64,000 bases of DNA from Candidatus Latescibacterota bacterium (GTDB lineage: Bacteria > Latescibacterota > UBA2968 > GCA-2709665), in contig OZ220733.1 in assembly GCA_965116875.1 (NCBI GenBank), forward strand, positions 5,056,001-5,120,000, given 5' to 3'. Numbering within the stretch: the stretch's first letter is position 1; the number at the start of each line of letters is the position of its first letter. The notes beneath the pieces are model-generated. The model ran no database searches. It saw only the letters and a program-made list of their open reading frames with translations, and was not told the origin of the DNA. Shown piece after piece: positions 1 through 9,050 of the stretch. The position numbers and the translations under genes are program-made.

Positions 1-657
1 CGGCGCCTTGCCCACGAAATCAAGAATCCGCTCACACCGATACAACTCACGGTCCAGCAGATCCGCGACAAATACCCAGGCGAAGACCCCGCGTACCGGA
101 AGCTTGTGCAGGACTGCACCGAAATCGTTACGGAAGAGGTGGAGAGCCTGAGAAAACTGGTTCAGGAATTCGCCGACTTCGCGCGCATGCCATCCCTGTC
201 TCTGGGAAGGCAAAGCCTGAACGTCGTGATCACCGATATCGTACGGCTTTACCCCGAAGCCGGAATTACGCTCGAACTCACGCCCCAGGTTCCCGACCTG
301 GATCTGGACAGCGAACAGATGCGCCGCGTTCTGATCAACCTGATCGAAAACGGGCTCGAAGCCGCCGGCCAGGAGGGCCGGATCGTCATTCAGACCGAGA
401 ACCATTCAGATTCGGTCAAACTCCTGGTCGTGGATACAGGCCCCGGCATTCCCGAACGGGACCGGGAGCGCATCTTCCAGCCGCACGTGACGTCCAAACA
501 AGGCGGCATGGGCATGGGGCTGGCCGAGGTCCGCAGCATTGTCGAGAGCCACGGCGGCCAGATCGTCGCGGCGAGCGCGCCGGGAGGGGGCGCACGGTTC
601 GAGATTACCCTGCCCGTTCCCCGGGAACGGACCATACAGCCGGAGGTAAGGATATGA
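1..657 (+). CDS. NtrY-like sensor histidine kinase, 5'-truncated by the window edge
   Basis: Frame 1 from base 1 reads RRLAHEIKNPLTPIQL (H-box); N-box NLIENG, G1 DTGPG, G2 GMGMGL; stop overlaps the next start (ATGA). Confidence 0.9.
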   Translation, partial: RRLAHEIKNPLTPIQLTVQQIRDKYPGEDPAYRKLVQDCTEIVTEEVESLRKLVQEFADFARMPSLSLGRQSLNVVITDIVRLYPEAGITLELTPQVPDLDLDSEQMRRVLINLIENGLEAAGQEGRIVIQTENHSDSVKLLVVDTGPGIPERDRERIFQPHVTSKQGGMGMGLAEVRSIVESHGGQIVAASAPGGGARFEITLPVPRERTIQPEVRI

Positions 658-2036
658 CGGAACCGACCATTCTGGTGGTGGACGACGAACGCAACATTCG
701 TCGGACCCTGGAGATGATCCTGTCTGCTGAAGGCTACCGGGTTGTCTGCGCGGCTTCAGGCAAGGAAGCGCTGGCCGCGATGAAAACCGAGTCTCCGCAC
801 GTGGTCCTGCTGGACATCGTCCTGCCTGGTTCGAACGGGATCGAAATCCTGAAAACCGCCCGGCAGAACGATCCGAACCTGGCCGTCATCATGATCTCCG
901 GCCACGGGACCGTCCACGACGCGGTCGTGGCGACGAAACTGGGCGCCTACGATTTCCTGGAAAAGCCGCTGTCCCGGGAAAAAGTACTGCTCACGCTTTC
1001 CCATGCCCTTGAGAGCATCGAACTGACCGAAGAAAACCGCAATCTGCGACAACAGTTCGAAATGCGCTTCGAAATGGTGGGCAGGAGCAGTGCCATCGCG
1101 TCCGTACGTGAACAGATCGGCAAGGTTGCGCCAACAAACGGTCGCGTCCTGATTCTCGGTGAAAGCGGCACGGGCAAGGAACTGGTCGCCAGGGATATCC
1201 ACAGAAACAGCCGGCGCAGCGAGGGTCCGTTCGTCAAAGTCAACTGCGCCGCGATTCCGGAAGAGCTCATCGAAAGCGAACTGTTCGGCAGCGACCGGGG
1301 CGCGTATACCGGCTCGGTGAAAACCCGCGATGGAAAGTTCCTTCAGGCCGATGGAGGGACGCTGTTTCTGGACGAAATCGGTGATATGAGCCTGAGCGTT
1401 CAGGCCAAGGTCCTGCGGGCCCTCGAACAGGGGGAATTCGAACGGGTTGGCGGGTCGAAGACCCTGAAAGTGGATGTGAGGGTGATCGCCGCGACGAACA
1501 AGAACCTTCAGCAGCAGGTAGAGAACGGCGCTTTCCGGGAGGACCTCTACTTCCGGCTGAACGTCGTGCCCGTCACGGCCCCGCCATTGCGGGATCGGAA
1601 GGAAGACATCCCTCTGCTTTCGGAGCATTTTCTCAAGGGATACGCGCACGAGAACGATTTTCGCCCAAAGGAAATCACCCCTGAGGCGATGGAGGCCCTG
1701 GAGAATTACAGTTGGCCGGGCAACATCAGGGAACTCAAGAACCTGATTGAACGCCTTTCCATTATGGTCGCCGAAGATACCGTCCACGTCCACCATCTTT
1801 CAGGACTGGACGGACCGGAACCCGCCCGCGGCGGCGATGCGGCCGGATCCGCCGTCCCGTTGCCCGGAATCGGGTCCGGCCAGAGCCTCCATGAAGTCCG
1901 TGAGGCGGTGGAAAAGGCGTACATTTCGGATGCACTGAACAACAACGGCTGGAACGTCACCAGGGCGGCGAAACTGCTTGGCGTTGACCGTACAAACCTC
2001 CACAAGAAAATCAAATACTACAATATCGAGCGCTGA
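654..2036 (+). CDS. NtrC/NtrX-family sigma54-type response regulator (REC-AAA+-Fis HTH)
   Basis: VVDDE receiver, GESGTGKE Walker A, ESELFG, GAYTGS (GAFTGA variant), LFLDEIGD, WPGNIREL, C-terminal HTH. Confidence 0.93.
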   Translation: MTEPTILVVDDERNIRRTLEMILSAEGYRVVCAASGKEALAAMKTESPHVVLLDIVLPGSNGIEILKTARQNDPNLAVIMISGHGTVHDAVVATKLGAYDFLEKPLSREKVLLTLSHALESIELTEENRNLRQQFEMRFEMVGRSSAIASVREQIGKVAPTNGRVLILGESGTGKELVARDIHRNSRRSEGPFVKVNCAAIPEELIESELFGSDRGAYTGSVKTRDGKFLQADGGTLFLDEIGDMSLSVQAKVLRALEQGEFERVGGSKTLKVDVRVIAATNKNLQQQVENGAFREDLYFRLNVVPVTAPPLRDRKEDIPLLSEHFLKGYAHENDFRPKEITPEAMEALENYSWPGNIRELKNLIERLSIMVAEDTVHVHHLSGLDGPEPARGGDAAGSAVPLPGIGSGQSLHEVREAVEKAYISDALNNNGWNVTRAAKLLGVDRTNLHKKIKYYNIER

Positions 2037-2056
2037 CGGGACAGACCGGTGGGAGC

Positions 2057-3226
2057 GTGGCTGGACATTTCCGTAACAGGACGCCAGATTTGAAAGCAGC
2101 GTTCCTCATTCTTCTCCCGGTGCTTGTCTGGGTCCCGGATGCTCGTGCTCAGACCGACGACGTTTCCCTGTTGGAGAAGCTCTACCGGGGCGCCCGACTC
2201 CGATACAATCGCGTGGAGGGTTCCTTCCTGGGGTATCGCCTCTCCGTCCACCGGAAAAATCGGCCGCGACTCACGGTCTTTGCGGAAAGCGGATACGGTT
2301 TTGCCAGCCGCTCGGCGCGGTGGGAAGCCGGCGTGGCATACCGTGGTCGGGAAATCCGCCTGAACGCCGCTGTTTTCGACAGATCCGATTCGCCCGACCG
2401 GGGCATCGTCGGCACCACCGAAAACAGCGTGTTCGGTCTCCTTTTCAAATGGGACCACCGGGACTATTACCGGGCGAAAAACGGATTTGAAGCGAATTTA
2501 TCCGTCAGAAGGAAGCGAAGGCTTACTCTCTTCGGTGGCGTGGCCGCATACCGCTGCGAGCCGATGCCGGTCAGGGCCGCATGGAGCCTGTTCTTCAGGA
2601 GCCGCCCCTTTCGATTCAACCCGCCTGCCCGACCCGGCGACGTCGGCTTACTGCACGCCGGCATCGTGGTTGATACACGCGTCAGGAGCCCGCTCTTCCG
2701 CAATGCCTGGTACGGAAGGTTGCGCTACGAGCACGGCGTTCGGGATATCGCCTTCCAAGGGCTCACCCTGGAGGGCAAGCGCTATCTAAAGGCGAAATTC
2801 GGCAGGCAGGGACTGATTGTCCGGGCACGATTGAGTACCCGGCAAAGCACGGCGCCGCAGTTTCTTTTCGGCCTGGGCGGCGTAGGCACCCTGCGCGGGT
2901 ACGACATCAGGGAGTTCAGAGCCAACCGTCTGGTATTGTTCAACGTCGAGTACGCCTTCCGCGGCGACGTCCTTCCAAAAATCCCCGTCAGAGGATTCGA
3001 TCTGCTCAACCTTACTCTGTTTGTGGATGCGGGCTGGACCCGGCTGATGCCGGAATCCGCCCACCTGTTCGCTGGATTCGGAGAACTGAACGTGCCATCC
3101 ATCAAGACGAGTACCGGTCTCGGCATTGCGCTACCGCGGCAACTCCTCCGGCTGAACGTCGCACGCCGCCTGGACAGGTCCGACGATGCCTGGACCCTTT
3201 CGGTCAGACTCAGATTCAATCTTTGA
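2057..3226 (+). CDS. Outer-membrane beta-barrel, Omp85/BamA-TamA surface-antigen-like C-terminal region
   Basis: Signal-peptide-like N-terminus; LGGVGTLRGY (loop-6 RGY motif) and FVDAG; alternating beta-strand C-terminus; start uncertain. Confidence 0.65.
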   Translation: MAGHFRNRTPDLKAAFLILLPVLVWVPDARAQTDDVSLLEKLYRGARLRYNRVEGSFLGYRLSVHRKNRPRLTVFAESGYGFASRSARWEAGVAYRGREIRLNAAVFDRSDSPDRGIVGTTENSVFGLLFKWDHRDYYRAKNGFEANLSVRRKRRLTLFGGVAAYRCEPMPVRAAWSLFFRSRPFRFNPPARPGDVGLLHAGIVVDTRVRSPLFRNAWYGRLRYEHGVRDIAFQGLTLEGKRYLKAKFGRQGLIVRARLSTRQSTAPQFLFGLGGVGTLRGYDIREFRANRLVLFNVEYAFRGDVLPKIPVRGFDLLNLTLFVDAGWTRLMPESAHLFAGFGELNVPSIKTSTGLGIALPRQLLRLNVARRLDRSDDAWTLSVRLRFNL

Positions 3227-3262
3227 TTCGGTCCCTTCCGCTCGAATATGCACAGGGATATA

Positions 3263-3296
3263 GAAAGCCCCCGGAGACCCATCTCCGGGGGCTTTC
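3263..3296. terminator. Hairpin terminator between convergent genes
   Basis: GAAAGCCCCCGGAGA-ccca-TCTCCGGGGGCTTTC, perfect 15-bp stem. Confidence 0.75.
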
Positions 3297-3406
3297 CAAT
3301 CGCTGACCGGGGCCTGCGCTCCAGCAGCCGGACGTCGCTCCGGCACGGACCGCAGATTCAGCAATCGATCTTTTATAATATTCCAGTTACCGGATGGAAT
3401 ACCGGC

Positions 3407-4657
3407 TTATGTGCCCTCCTGCCAGGAACCGAGATACTGCTCCTGGTCGGCGGTCAGCGAATCGATCTGTACGTCCATCGCCTCCAGTTGCAGCCGGGCG
3501 ACTTCGCGGTCGATCTCATCGGGCAACCGGTACACCCTGGGTTCCAGTGAATCGGCGTTCCTGATGCCGTATTCAACCCCAAGGGCCTGATCGCAGAACG
3601 ACAGCGACATCACCGTGGACGGATGGCCCTCCGCGCACGCGAGGTTCACGAGACGACCCTCGCCGCACAGGAACAGCGAGCGACCGTTCATGGTATATTC
3701 GTGAAACAAAGGCCGCACTTCCTCCTTGTTTTCCGCCATCGCCTCGAGCCCGTCCACGTCGATTTCCAGGTCGAAATGGCCGGCATTGGCCACCACCGCG
3801 CCGTCCTTCATGTCCCGCATATGTTCCGCGCTGATCACGTGCTTGTTGCCGGTGACCGTGACAAACAGGTCTCCGATACCCGCCGCGTGCGCCATCTGCA
3901 TCACCCGGAACCCGTCCATCCGCGCCTGCAGCGCGCGAAACGGGTCCACTTCCGTAACAATGACCTCCGCTCCGAGTCCCCGCGCCCTCGACGCCACGCC
4001 CTTTCCGCAACTGCCATAGCCGACGACAACGACCGCCTTTCCGCTGATCAGCAGGTTGGACGCCCGCACGACGCCGTCCAGCGCCGACTGCCCCGTGCCG
4101 TAGAAATTGTCCATCAGGTGTTTGGTATCGCAATCGTTAACGGCAATGATGGGGTATTTCAGCGCATTGTCCTTCTCCATCGCACGCAGGCGGATGATGC
4201 CGGTTGTGGTCTCCTCGCAGCCGCAAACGATCTCCGGGATCAGATCGGCGTAATTCGTGTGCACCTCGTTGACCAGATCGCAACCGTCATCGATCGTCAC
4301 GTGCGGCCGGGTTTCGATGACAGCGCGAAGATACCGGTAGTAATCCTCCCGCGTCTCTCCCTTGTAGGCGTAGACCGCGACGTCCTCGGCCGCGAGCGCC
4401 GCCGCCACGTCGTCCTGCGTGGAAAGCGGATTGCAGCCGGTTATGGACACGGTCGCGCCGCCGGCCCGCAGCGTCCTCACCAGCACCGCCGTCTCTTTGG
4501 TGACGTGGAGCGCCATGCCGATCCGGTAGCCCGCGAGAGGCTTTTCCCGTTCGAAGCGTTCCCGTATCTTCAACAGGGCGCCCATCTGCTTCTCGGCCCA
4601 TTCGATGTTTCTGAATCCCTGCTCCGCAAGACCGATATCCTTTACCTCGTAACCCAC
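3407..4657 (-). CDS. ahcY: Adenosylhomocysteinase (SAH hydrolase)
   Basis: CNPLSTQD, EETTTG, K-x-LMDNFYGTGQS, GYGSCGKG, GRLVNL, GHPS; GTG start at 4657 preceded by GGAGAGGAG. Confidence 0.96.
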   Translation of the reverse strand: MGYEVKDIGLAEQGFRNIEWAEKQMGALLKIRERFEREKPLAGYRIGMALHVTKETAVLVRTLRAGGATVSITGCNPLSTQDDVAAALAAEDVAVYAYKGETREDYYRYLRAVIETRPHVTIDDGCDLVNEVHTNYADLIPEIVCGCEETTTGIIRLRAMEKDNALKYPIIAVNDCDTKHLMDNFYGTGQSALDGVVRASNLLISGKAVVVVGYGSCGKGVASRARGLGAEVIVTEVDPFRALQARMDGFRVMQMAHAAGIGDLFVTVTGNKHVISAEHMRDMKDGAVVANAGHFDLEIDVDGLEAMAENKEEVRPLFHEYTMNGRSLFLCGEGRLVNLACAEGHPSTVMSLSFCDQALGVEYGIRNADSLEPRVYRLPDEIDREVARLQLEAMDVQIDSLTADQEQYLGSWQEGT

Positions 4658-4738
4658 TTCAGTCTCCTCTCCATCCGCATCCGGGCGTGTCTTTGCCGGC
4701 GGAAAACGCAATTCAACGGACGGCCGGCAGATGCTCCG

Positions 4739-5905
4739 CTATGCGAGCTTCCCCGCGGCCGCCTTGATGGCATCCGCCTTGTCCGTTCGTTCCCATGTAA
4801 ATCCGTCCTCCGTCCGCCCGAAATGCCCGTAGGCGGCGGTGCGTTCGTACACCGGGCGAAGCAGATTCAGGGCCCGGATGATGCCGGACGGCCTCAGCTC
4901 GAAATGCGAGCGGACCAGGTCCGCGATATCCGCGTCGTCGAGTGTGCCCGTGCCGAAGGTATCCACAAAGATGGACACCGGCTCGGCCACGCCGATGGCA
5001 TAGGCCAACTGCACCTCGCACCGGCTCGCAAGCCCGGCTTTCACTACGTTCTTCGCTACGTACCGCGCGGCATAGTGCGCGCTCCGGTCGACCTTGCTGG
5101 GGTCCTTTCCGGAAAACGCCCCGCCCCCGTGCCGCCCCACACCGCCGTACGTATCCACGATGATCTTGCGTCCGGTCAATCCCGTGTCTCCGTGGGGTCC
5201 GCCGACCACGAACCGCCCGGTTGGATTGATGTGGCAGACCGTGTCCTCATCCAGATAACGCTCGGGGATAACCTTTTGTACAACATGCTGCTTCATATCG
5301 CGGCAGATGCGGTCATGTTCCACGTTGGGATCGTGCTGGGTGGAAATCACGACCGTATGCACGCGCACCGGCCTGTCGCCCTCGTATTCCACGGTCACCT
5401 GCGACTTGCTGTCGGGCCGCAGATAGGGAAGCGCGCCGCTGCGGCGCAGTTCAGCCAGAGCCATCACCAGCTTGTGTGACAGCATAATGGGCATGGGCAT
5501 CAACTCCGGGGTCTCTCGGCAGGCATAACCGAACATCATGCCCTGGTCTCCCGCGCCCTGCTCTTCATGCAGACCTTCACCCTCTGTCACGCCCTGGGAG
5601 ATGTCGGGTGATTGGGTGTCGAGTGCGAGCAGCACGCCGCAGGACCGGTAGTCGAATCCGTACGCCGAGTCCGTATACCCGATGCGCCGAATGACGCATC
5701 GCACGAGTTCCTGTATGTTCACGCTGGCCTGTGTGGTTACCTCGCCCGATACGATCACCTGGCCCGTGGTTACCATCGTCTCGCACGCGACGCGCGACCG
5801 CGGGTCTTTTTCAAGCATCGCATCCAGGACCGCATCGGAAATCTGATCGCAAATCTTGTCCGGGTGCCCTTCGGACACGGACTCCGAGGTGAACAGGCGC
5901 CGCAT
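4739..5905 (-). CDS. metK: S-adenosylmethionine synthetase
   Basis: [28 protein letters not shown] signatures. Confidence 0.98.
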   Translation of the reverse strand: MRRLFTSESVSEGHPDKICDQISDAVLDAMLEKDPRSRVACETMVTTGQVIVSGEVTTQASVNIQELVRCVIRRIGYTDSAYGFDYRSCGVLLALDTQSPDISQGVTEGEGLHEEQGAGDQGMMFGYACRETPELMPMPIMLSHKLVMALAELRRSGALPYLRPDSKSQVTVEYEGDRPVRVHTVVISTQHDPNVEHDRICRDMKQHVVQKVIPERYLDEDTVCHINPTGRFVVGGPHGDTGLTGRKIIVDTYGGVGRHGGGAFSGKDPSKVDRSAHYAARYVAKNVVKAGLASRCEVQLAYAIGVAEPVSIFVDTFGTGTLDDADIADLVRSHFELRPSGIIRALNLLRPVYERTAAYGHFGRTEDGFTWERTDKADAIKAAAGKLA

Positions 5906-6020
5906 ATATGCTCCCTTTCCAGTCGTGCGGGTCAGGAAATGTTTCGTTCGGATATTCGGGCCGCGGGGACGACCTTTGAAAATCGGATTTCTCGCAATAC
6001 CGACCGGGTGAACGACCGGC

Positions 6021-7802
6021 TTAGGTTTCGATTCCGGCCGGCTCCTCTACCCATTCATCCGGCGCCTTGCGCGGAGCCTGCATCCGGGTCAGAGCACCGT
6101 GCAGGTATTCCCGGATGGCGCCGCGGGTGGGGAGGGCGAGCGCCTGTTCCGCCATCGCCTTCGCCTCTTCCATGGTGACCGATCGGATCGCCTGTTTGAT
6201 CTCCGGAACCATACGCGGACCCGCGCTGAATCCATCCACCCCCATGCCCATCAACAGGACGCAACTGTGCGGGTCTCCGGCCATTTCTCCGCAGACGGTG
6301 ACCGGAATGTCGTGCCGGTGCCCGGCGTCCACGACGGATTTGATCATTCGCAATACGGCGGGATGATACGGATCGTACAGATAGGCCACCCGTTCGTTGC
6401 CCCGGTCGACCGCGAGGGTATACTGGACTAGATCGTTGGTCCCGATACTGAAGAAACTCACCTCGCGCGCCAACTGGTCGGCCACGACGGCCGCGGACGG
6501 CACCTCGATGACCGCGCCCACCTCGCATTCTTCGTCGAACGGCACGCCGGACCGTTTCAATTCGGCGCGGGCCTCGGCCAGCACGGACCTGGCCTCGAGC
6601 AGTTCTTCCACGCCCGATATCATCGGGAACATCAGCTTCACGTTTCCGTGCGCGCTGGACCGGAGGATGGATCTCAACTGAACCCGGAAGAGGTCTCTGT
6701 TGGCCAGAGAGTGCCGGATGCCGCGCCAACCCAGAAAAGGATTGGTTTCTTCTGCGCCATTGGATGCCTGCGCGAGCTTGTCGCCGCCCAGGTCCAGCGT
6801 GCGTACCACAAGCGGATGAGGCGCCATCTGTTCCGCAAGCCGGGTGTACGCGGCCGCCTGTTCGTCTTCATCCGGCAGACTGGACCCCGCGAGATAGAGG
6901 TATTCCGTTCGGAACAGGCCGATGCCTTCCGCGCCGTAAGCAAGCGCGGAGCGCCCCTCTTCGGGCAGTTCTATATTTCCCTGCAGGCACACACGAACGC
7001 CGTCCAGGGTTTCGGCGGGCACATCGGTGAACCGGAGCAGACCCTTCTGCAATTCGGTGAACCGGCGGGCTTCGGCACGGTACCGGCTCAGTGTGTCCTG
7101 ATCGGGCCGGATACAGACCAGCCCCCGGTTCCCGTCCACAATGGCCGTATCGCCGGGTTCGGCCGACGCCAAGGCCGCTTCGACCCCCACGACCGCCGGA
7201 ATCTCGAGCCCCCGCGCGATAATCGACGCGTGCGACGTCGCGGCGCCCGCTTCGGTGACCATGCCCAGCACGCTGTCCCGCTTCAGGCGCGCCGCATTGG
7301 AGGGGGTCAACTCGTGCGCGATCACGATCGCGGGGGCGGTCATCCGTTCCAGCAGCGAGTCCTCCCGCCGGCACAATCTGGAGAGTACCCGCCTCTCCAC
7401 GTCGAGGATATCCGCGCGCCTTGCCCTGAAATAGTCGTCCTGGATGGCGTCGAACTGGCGTCGCACCTTCTGGAGGGTCAGCCAGAACGCGTACTCCACG
7501 TTCACCCGATCCTTCCGGATCGATGCGAGGGTGGGGTCACGCAGGGCCGCGTCGTCCAGAATCATCAGATGCGCGTCGAATATCTGGGCGTGGTCCGGGC
7601 CCAGCTTCTCCTCGACACGAACCCGCGTGGCCTTCAGGTCTTCCGCCACGGAAGCCACCGCATCCAGAAACCTCCGCACTTCGCCGTCGACTTCATCTTC
7701 CCGGATTCGCCGGTAGTCGACCCACGGCTCCTCCGGGTCGTGAAGATAAACCGGTCCGATGGCGATGCCGTTCGATGCCTGGATGCCCTTCAGTACCTTC
7801 AT
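6021..7802 (-). CDS. ptsI: PTS enzyme I (PEP-protein phosphotransferase)
   Basis: TSHASIIAR phospho-His motif, [30 protein letters not shown]. Confidence 0.95.
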   Translation of the reverse strand: MKVLKGIQASNGIAIGPVYLHDPEEPWVDYRRIREDEVDGEVRRFLDAVASVAEDLKATRVRVEEKLGPDHAQIFDAHLMILDDAALRDPTLASIRKDRVNVEYAFWLTLQKVRRQFDAIQDDYFRARRADILDVERRVLSRLCRREDSLLERMTAPAIVIAHELTPSNAARLKRDSVLGMVTEAGAATSHASIIARGLEIPAVVGVEAALASAEPGDTAIVDGNRGLVCIRPDQDTLSRYRAEARRFTELQKGLLRFTDVPAETLDGVRVCLQGNIELPEEGRSALAYGAEGIGLFRTEYLYLAGSSLPDEDEQAAAYTRLAEQMAPHPLVVRTLDLGGDKLAQASNGAEETNPFLGWRGIRHSLANRDLFRVQLRSILRSSAHGNVKLMFPMISGVEELLEARSVLAEARAELKRSGVPFDEECEVGAVIEVPSAAVVADQLAREVSFFSIGTNDLVQYTLAVDRGNERVAYLYDPYHPAVLRMIKSVVDAGHRHDIPVTVCGEMAGDPHSCVLLMGMGVDGFSAGPRMVPEIKQAIRSVTMEEAKAMAEQALALPTRGAIREYLHGALTRMQAPRKAPDEWVEEPAGIET

Positions 7803-7836
7803 CGGTTTGGGACCTTACACGCGACAGTGTGCCCGT

Positions 7837-8097
7837 TCAGTCGAATTCGCCTTCGATCATCCGCACAATTTCGTCCAGGGCTTCCTCTTCATCCGGACCC
7901 GCGGCCCGGACCCGGATATTCGCATCCGTCTCCGCCGCGAGCATCATAACGCCCATGATACTCTTCCCGTTGACCTCGAGCCCGTCCTTGATGAGGGTAA
8001 TCTCCGATACATACTTTGCGGCCGCCTGCACAAGAAGGGCCGACGGCCGCGCATGGATACCCAACCTGTTTTTCACCGTGGCTTCTCGTTCCGCCAT
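7837..8097 (-). CDS. ptsH: Phosphocarrier protein HPr
   Basis: GIHARP (His15) and NGKSIMG (Ser46) motifs. Confidence 0.95.
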   Translation of the reverse strand: MAEREATVKNRLGIHARPSALLVQAAAKYVSEITLIKDGLEVNGKSIMGVMMLAAETDANIRVRAAGPDEEEALDEIVRMIEGEFD

Positions 8098-8138
8098 AAC
8101 CTGTTCGAGCCGTTATGATAATCCCTGTCGGAAGCTAA

Positions 8139-8168
8139 CAATCTATCTAAATCCAGTCACCCTGTCAA
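8139..8168 (-). promoter_or_regulatory. Putative sigma70 promoter for ptsH-ptsI-metK-ahcY
   Basis: Minus strand TTGACA-17 nt-TAGATT. Confidence 0.55.
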
Positions 8169-8294
8169 GCGCTGCCGGGCCTTTCCACGCGCGTCCGGTC
8201 ACCCATTGCACGCCCCCGACACCCCGGATCGAAACAAAAACCGCCAGCGTCCTTCCCGGCGGTTACGTTGATCCGGTTATCCGGCCTGCAGCTC

Positions 8295-9041
8295 CTATCC
8301 GCGGTGGACGGCCCCGGCGAACTCTCGGACCAGCGCAGGGTCCCGTTTTGCTTCCAGTATACTGCCCACCACCACGAAATCGGCGCCTGCCGCCGCCTTC
8401 GCGCCGGCATCCCGCGGCTCCCGGATGCCTCCACCCGCGATCACCGGTATGGACACGTTACCCGCAACCGCGGCGATCATTTCGTCGGAAACCATCCGTT
8501 CGGCGCCGCTGCCCGCATCCAGATAGACACATTGCATGCCTAGGTACTGGGCGGCCAACGCGTGCGCGGTCGCAATATCCGGTTTGTCTCCGGGCATCGG
8601 TTTGGTATTGCTGATATACTCAGCCGTCGTCTGCCGACCGGAATCCACCAGCATATACCCGGTTGAAATCGCCTCCAGACCGTATGCCTTGACAATAGGC
8701 GCCGCTTTGACCTGCTGTCCGATCAGCAGGTCCGGGTTTCGCCCGCTCACCATGCATAGAAAGAGAATCGCATCTGCGGCCGACGAGACCTGGTTCATGT
8801 CGGGACCGGGAAAAATCAACAAGGGTAGCCCGACTGCGCGCTTGACCTCTCTCACCACCCTGTCGAAATCGGTATACAGCAGAAAACTGCCGCCCATCAA
8901 CAGGGCGTCAGCACCGTTTTCCGCACACATCTCCGCCGTGTGAACCAGGTCCTGCTTGTCCATCCGATCGGGATCCAGGAGGCACAGGAATCCCGTACCC
9001 TGTTTCATAAGAACCGACTTAAGGTGTTCGTATGTCGACAT
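8295..9041 (-). CDS. Geranylgeranylglyceryl/heptaprenylglyceryl phosphate synthase (GGGPS/PcrB family, group II-like)
   Basis: LLDPD, MGGS, IFPG, SGRNPDLLIGQQ, TGYMLVDSG, YLDAGSG, GGGI motifs. Confidence 0.9.
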   Translation of the reverse strand: MSTYEHLKSVLMKQGTGFLCLLDPDRMDKQDLVHTAEMCAENGADALLMGGSFLLYTDFDRVVREVKRAVGLPLLIFPGPDMNQVSSAADAILFLCMVSGRNPDLLIGQQVKAAPIVKAYGLEAISTGYMLVDSGRQTTAEYISNTKPMPGDKPDIATAHALAAQYLGMQCVYLDAGSGAERMVSDEMIAAVAGNVSIPVIAGGGIREPRDAGAKAAAGADFVVVGSILEAKRDPALVREFAGAVHRG

Positions 9042-9050
9042 GGGTGCGAT

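Noticed and set aside
3623-5479. 618-aa plus-strand ORF, and similar long ORFs (6648-7949, 9447-10859, 12213-13685, 54272-55642, 60594-62045)
   Set aside because: Antisense or alternate-frame shadows of well-supported genes in high-GC DNA; no recognisable motifs.
5906-6020. SAM riboswitch upstream of metK
   Set aside because: Short gap after ptsI with no SAM-I or SAM-II core recognisable by eye; cmscan would be needed to exclude it fully.
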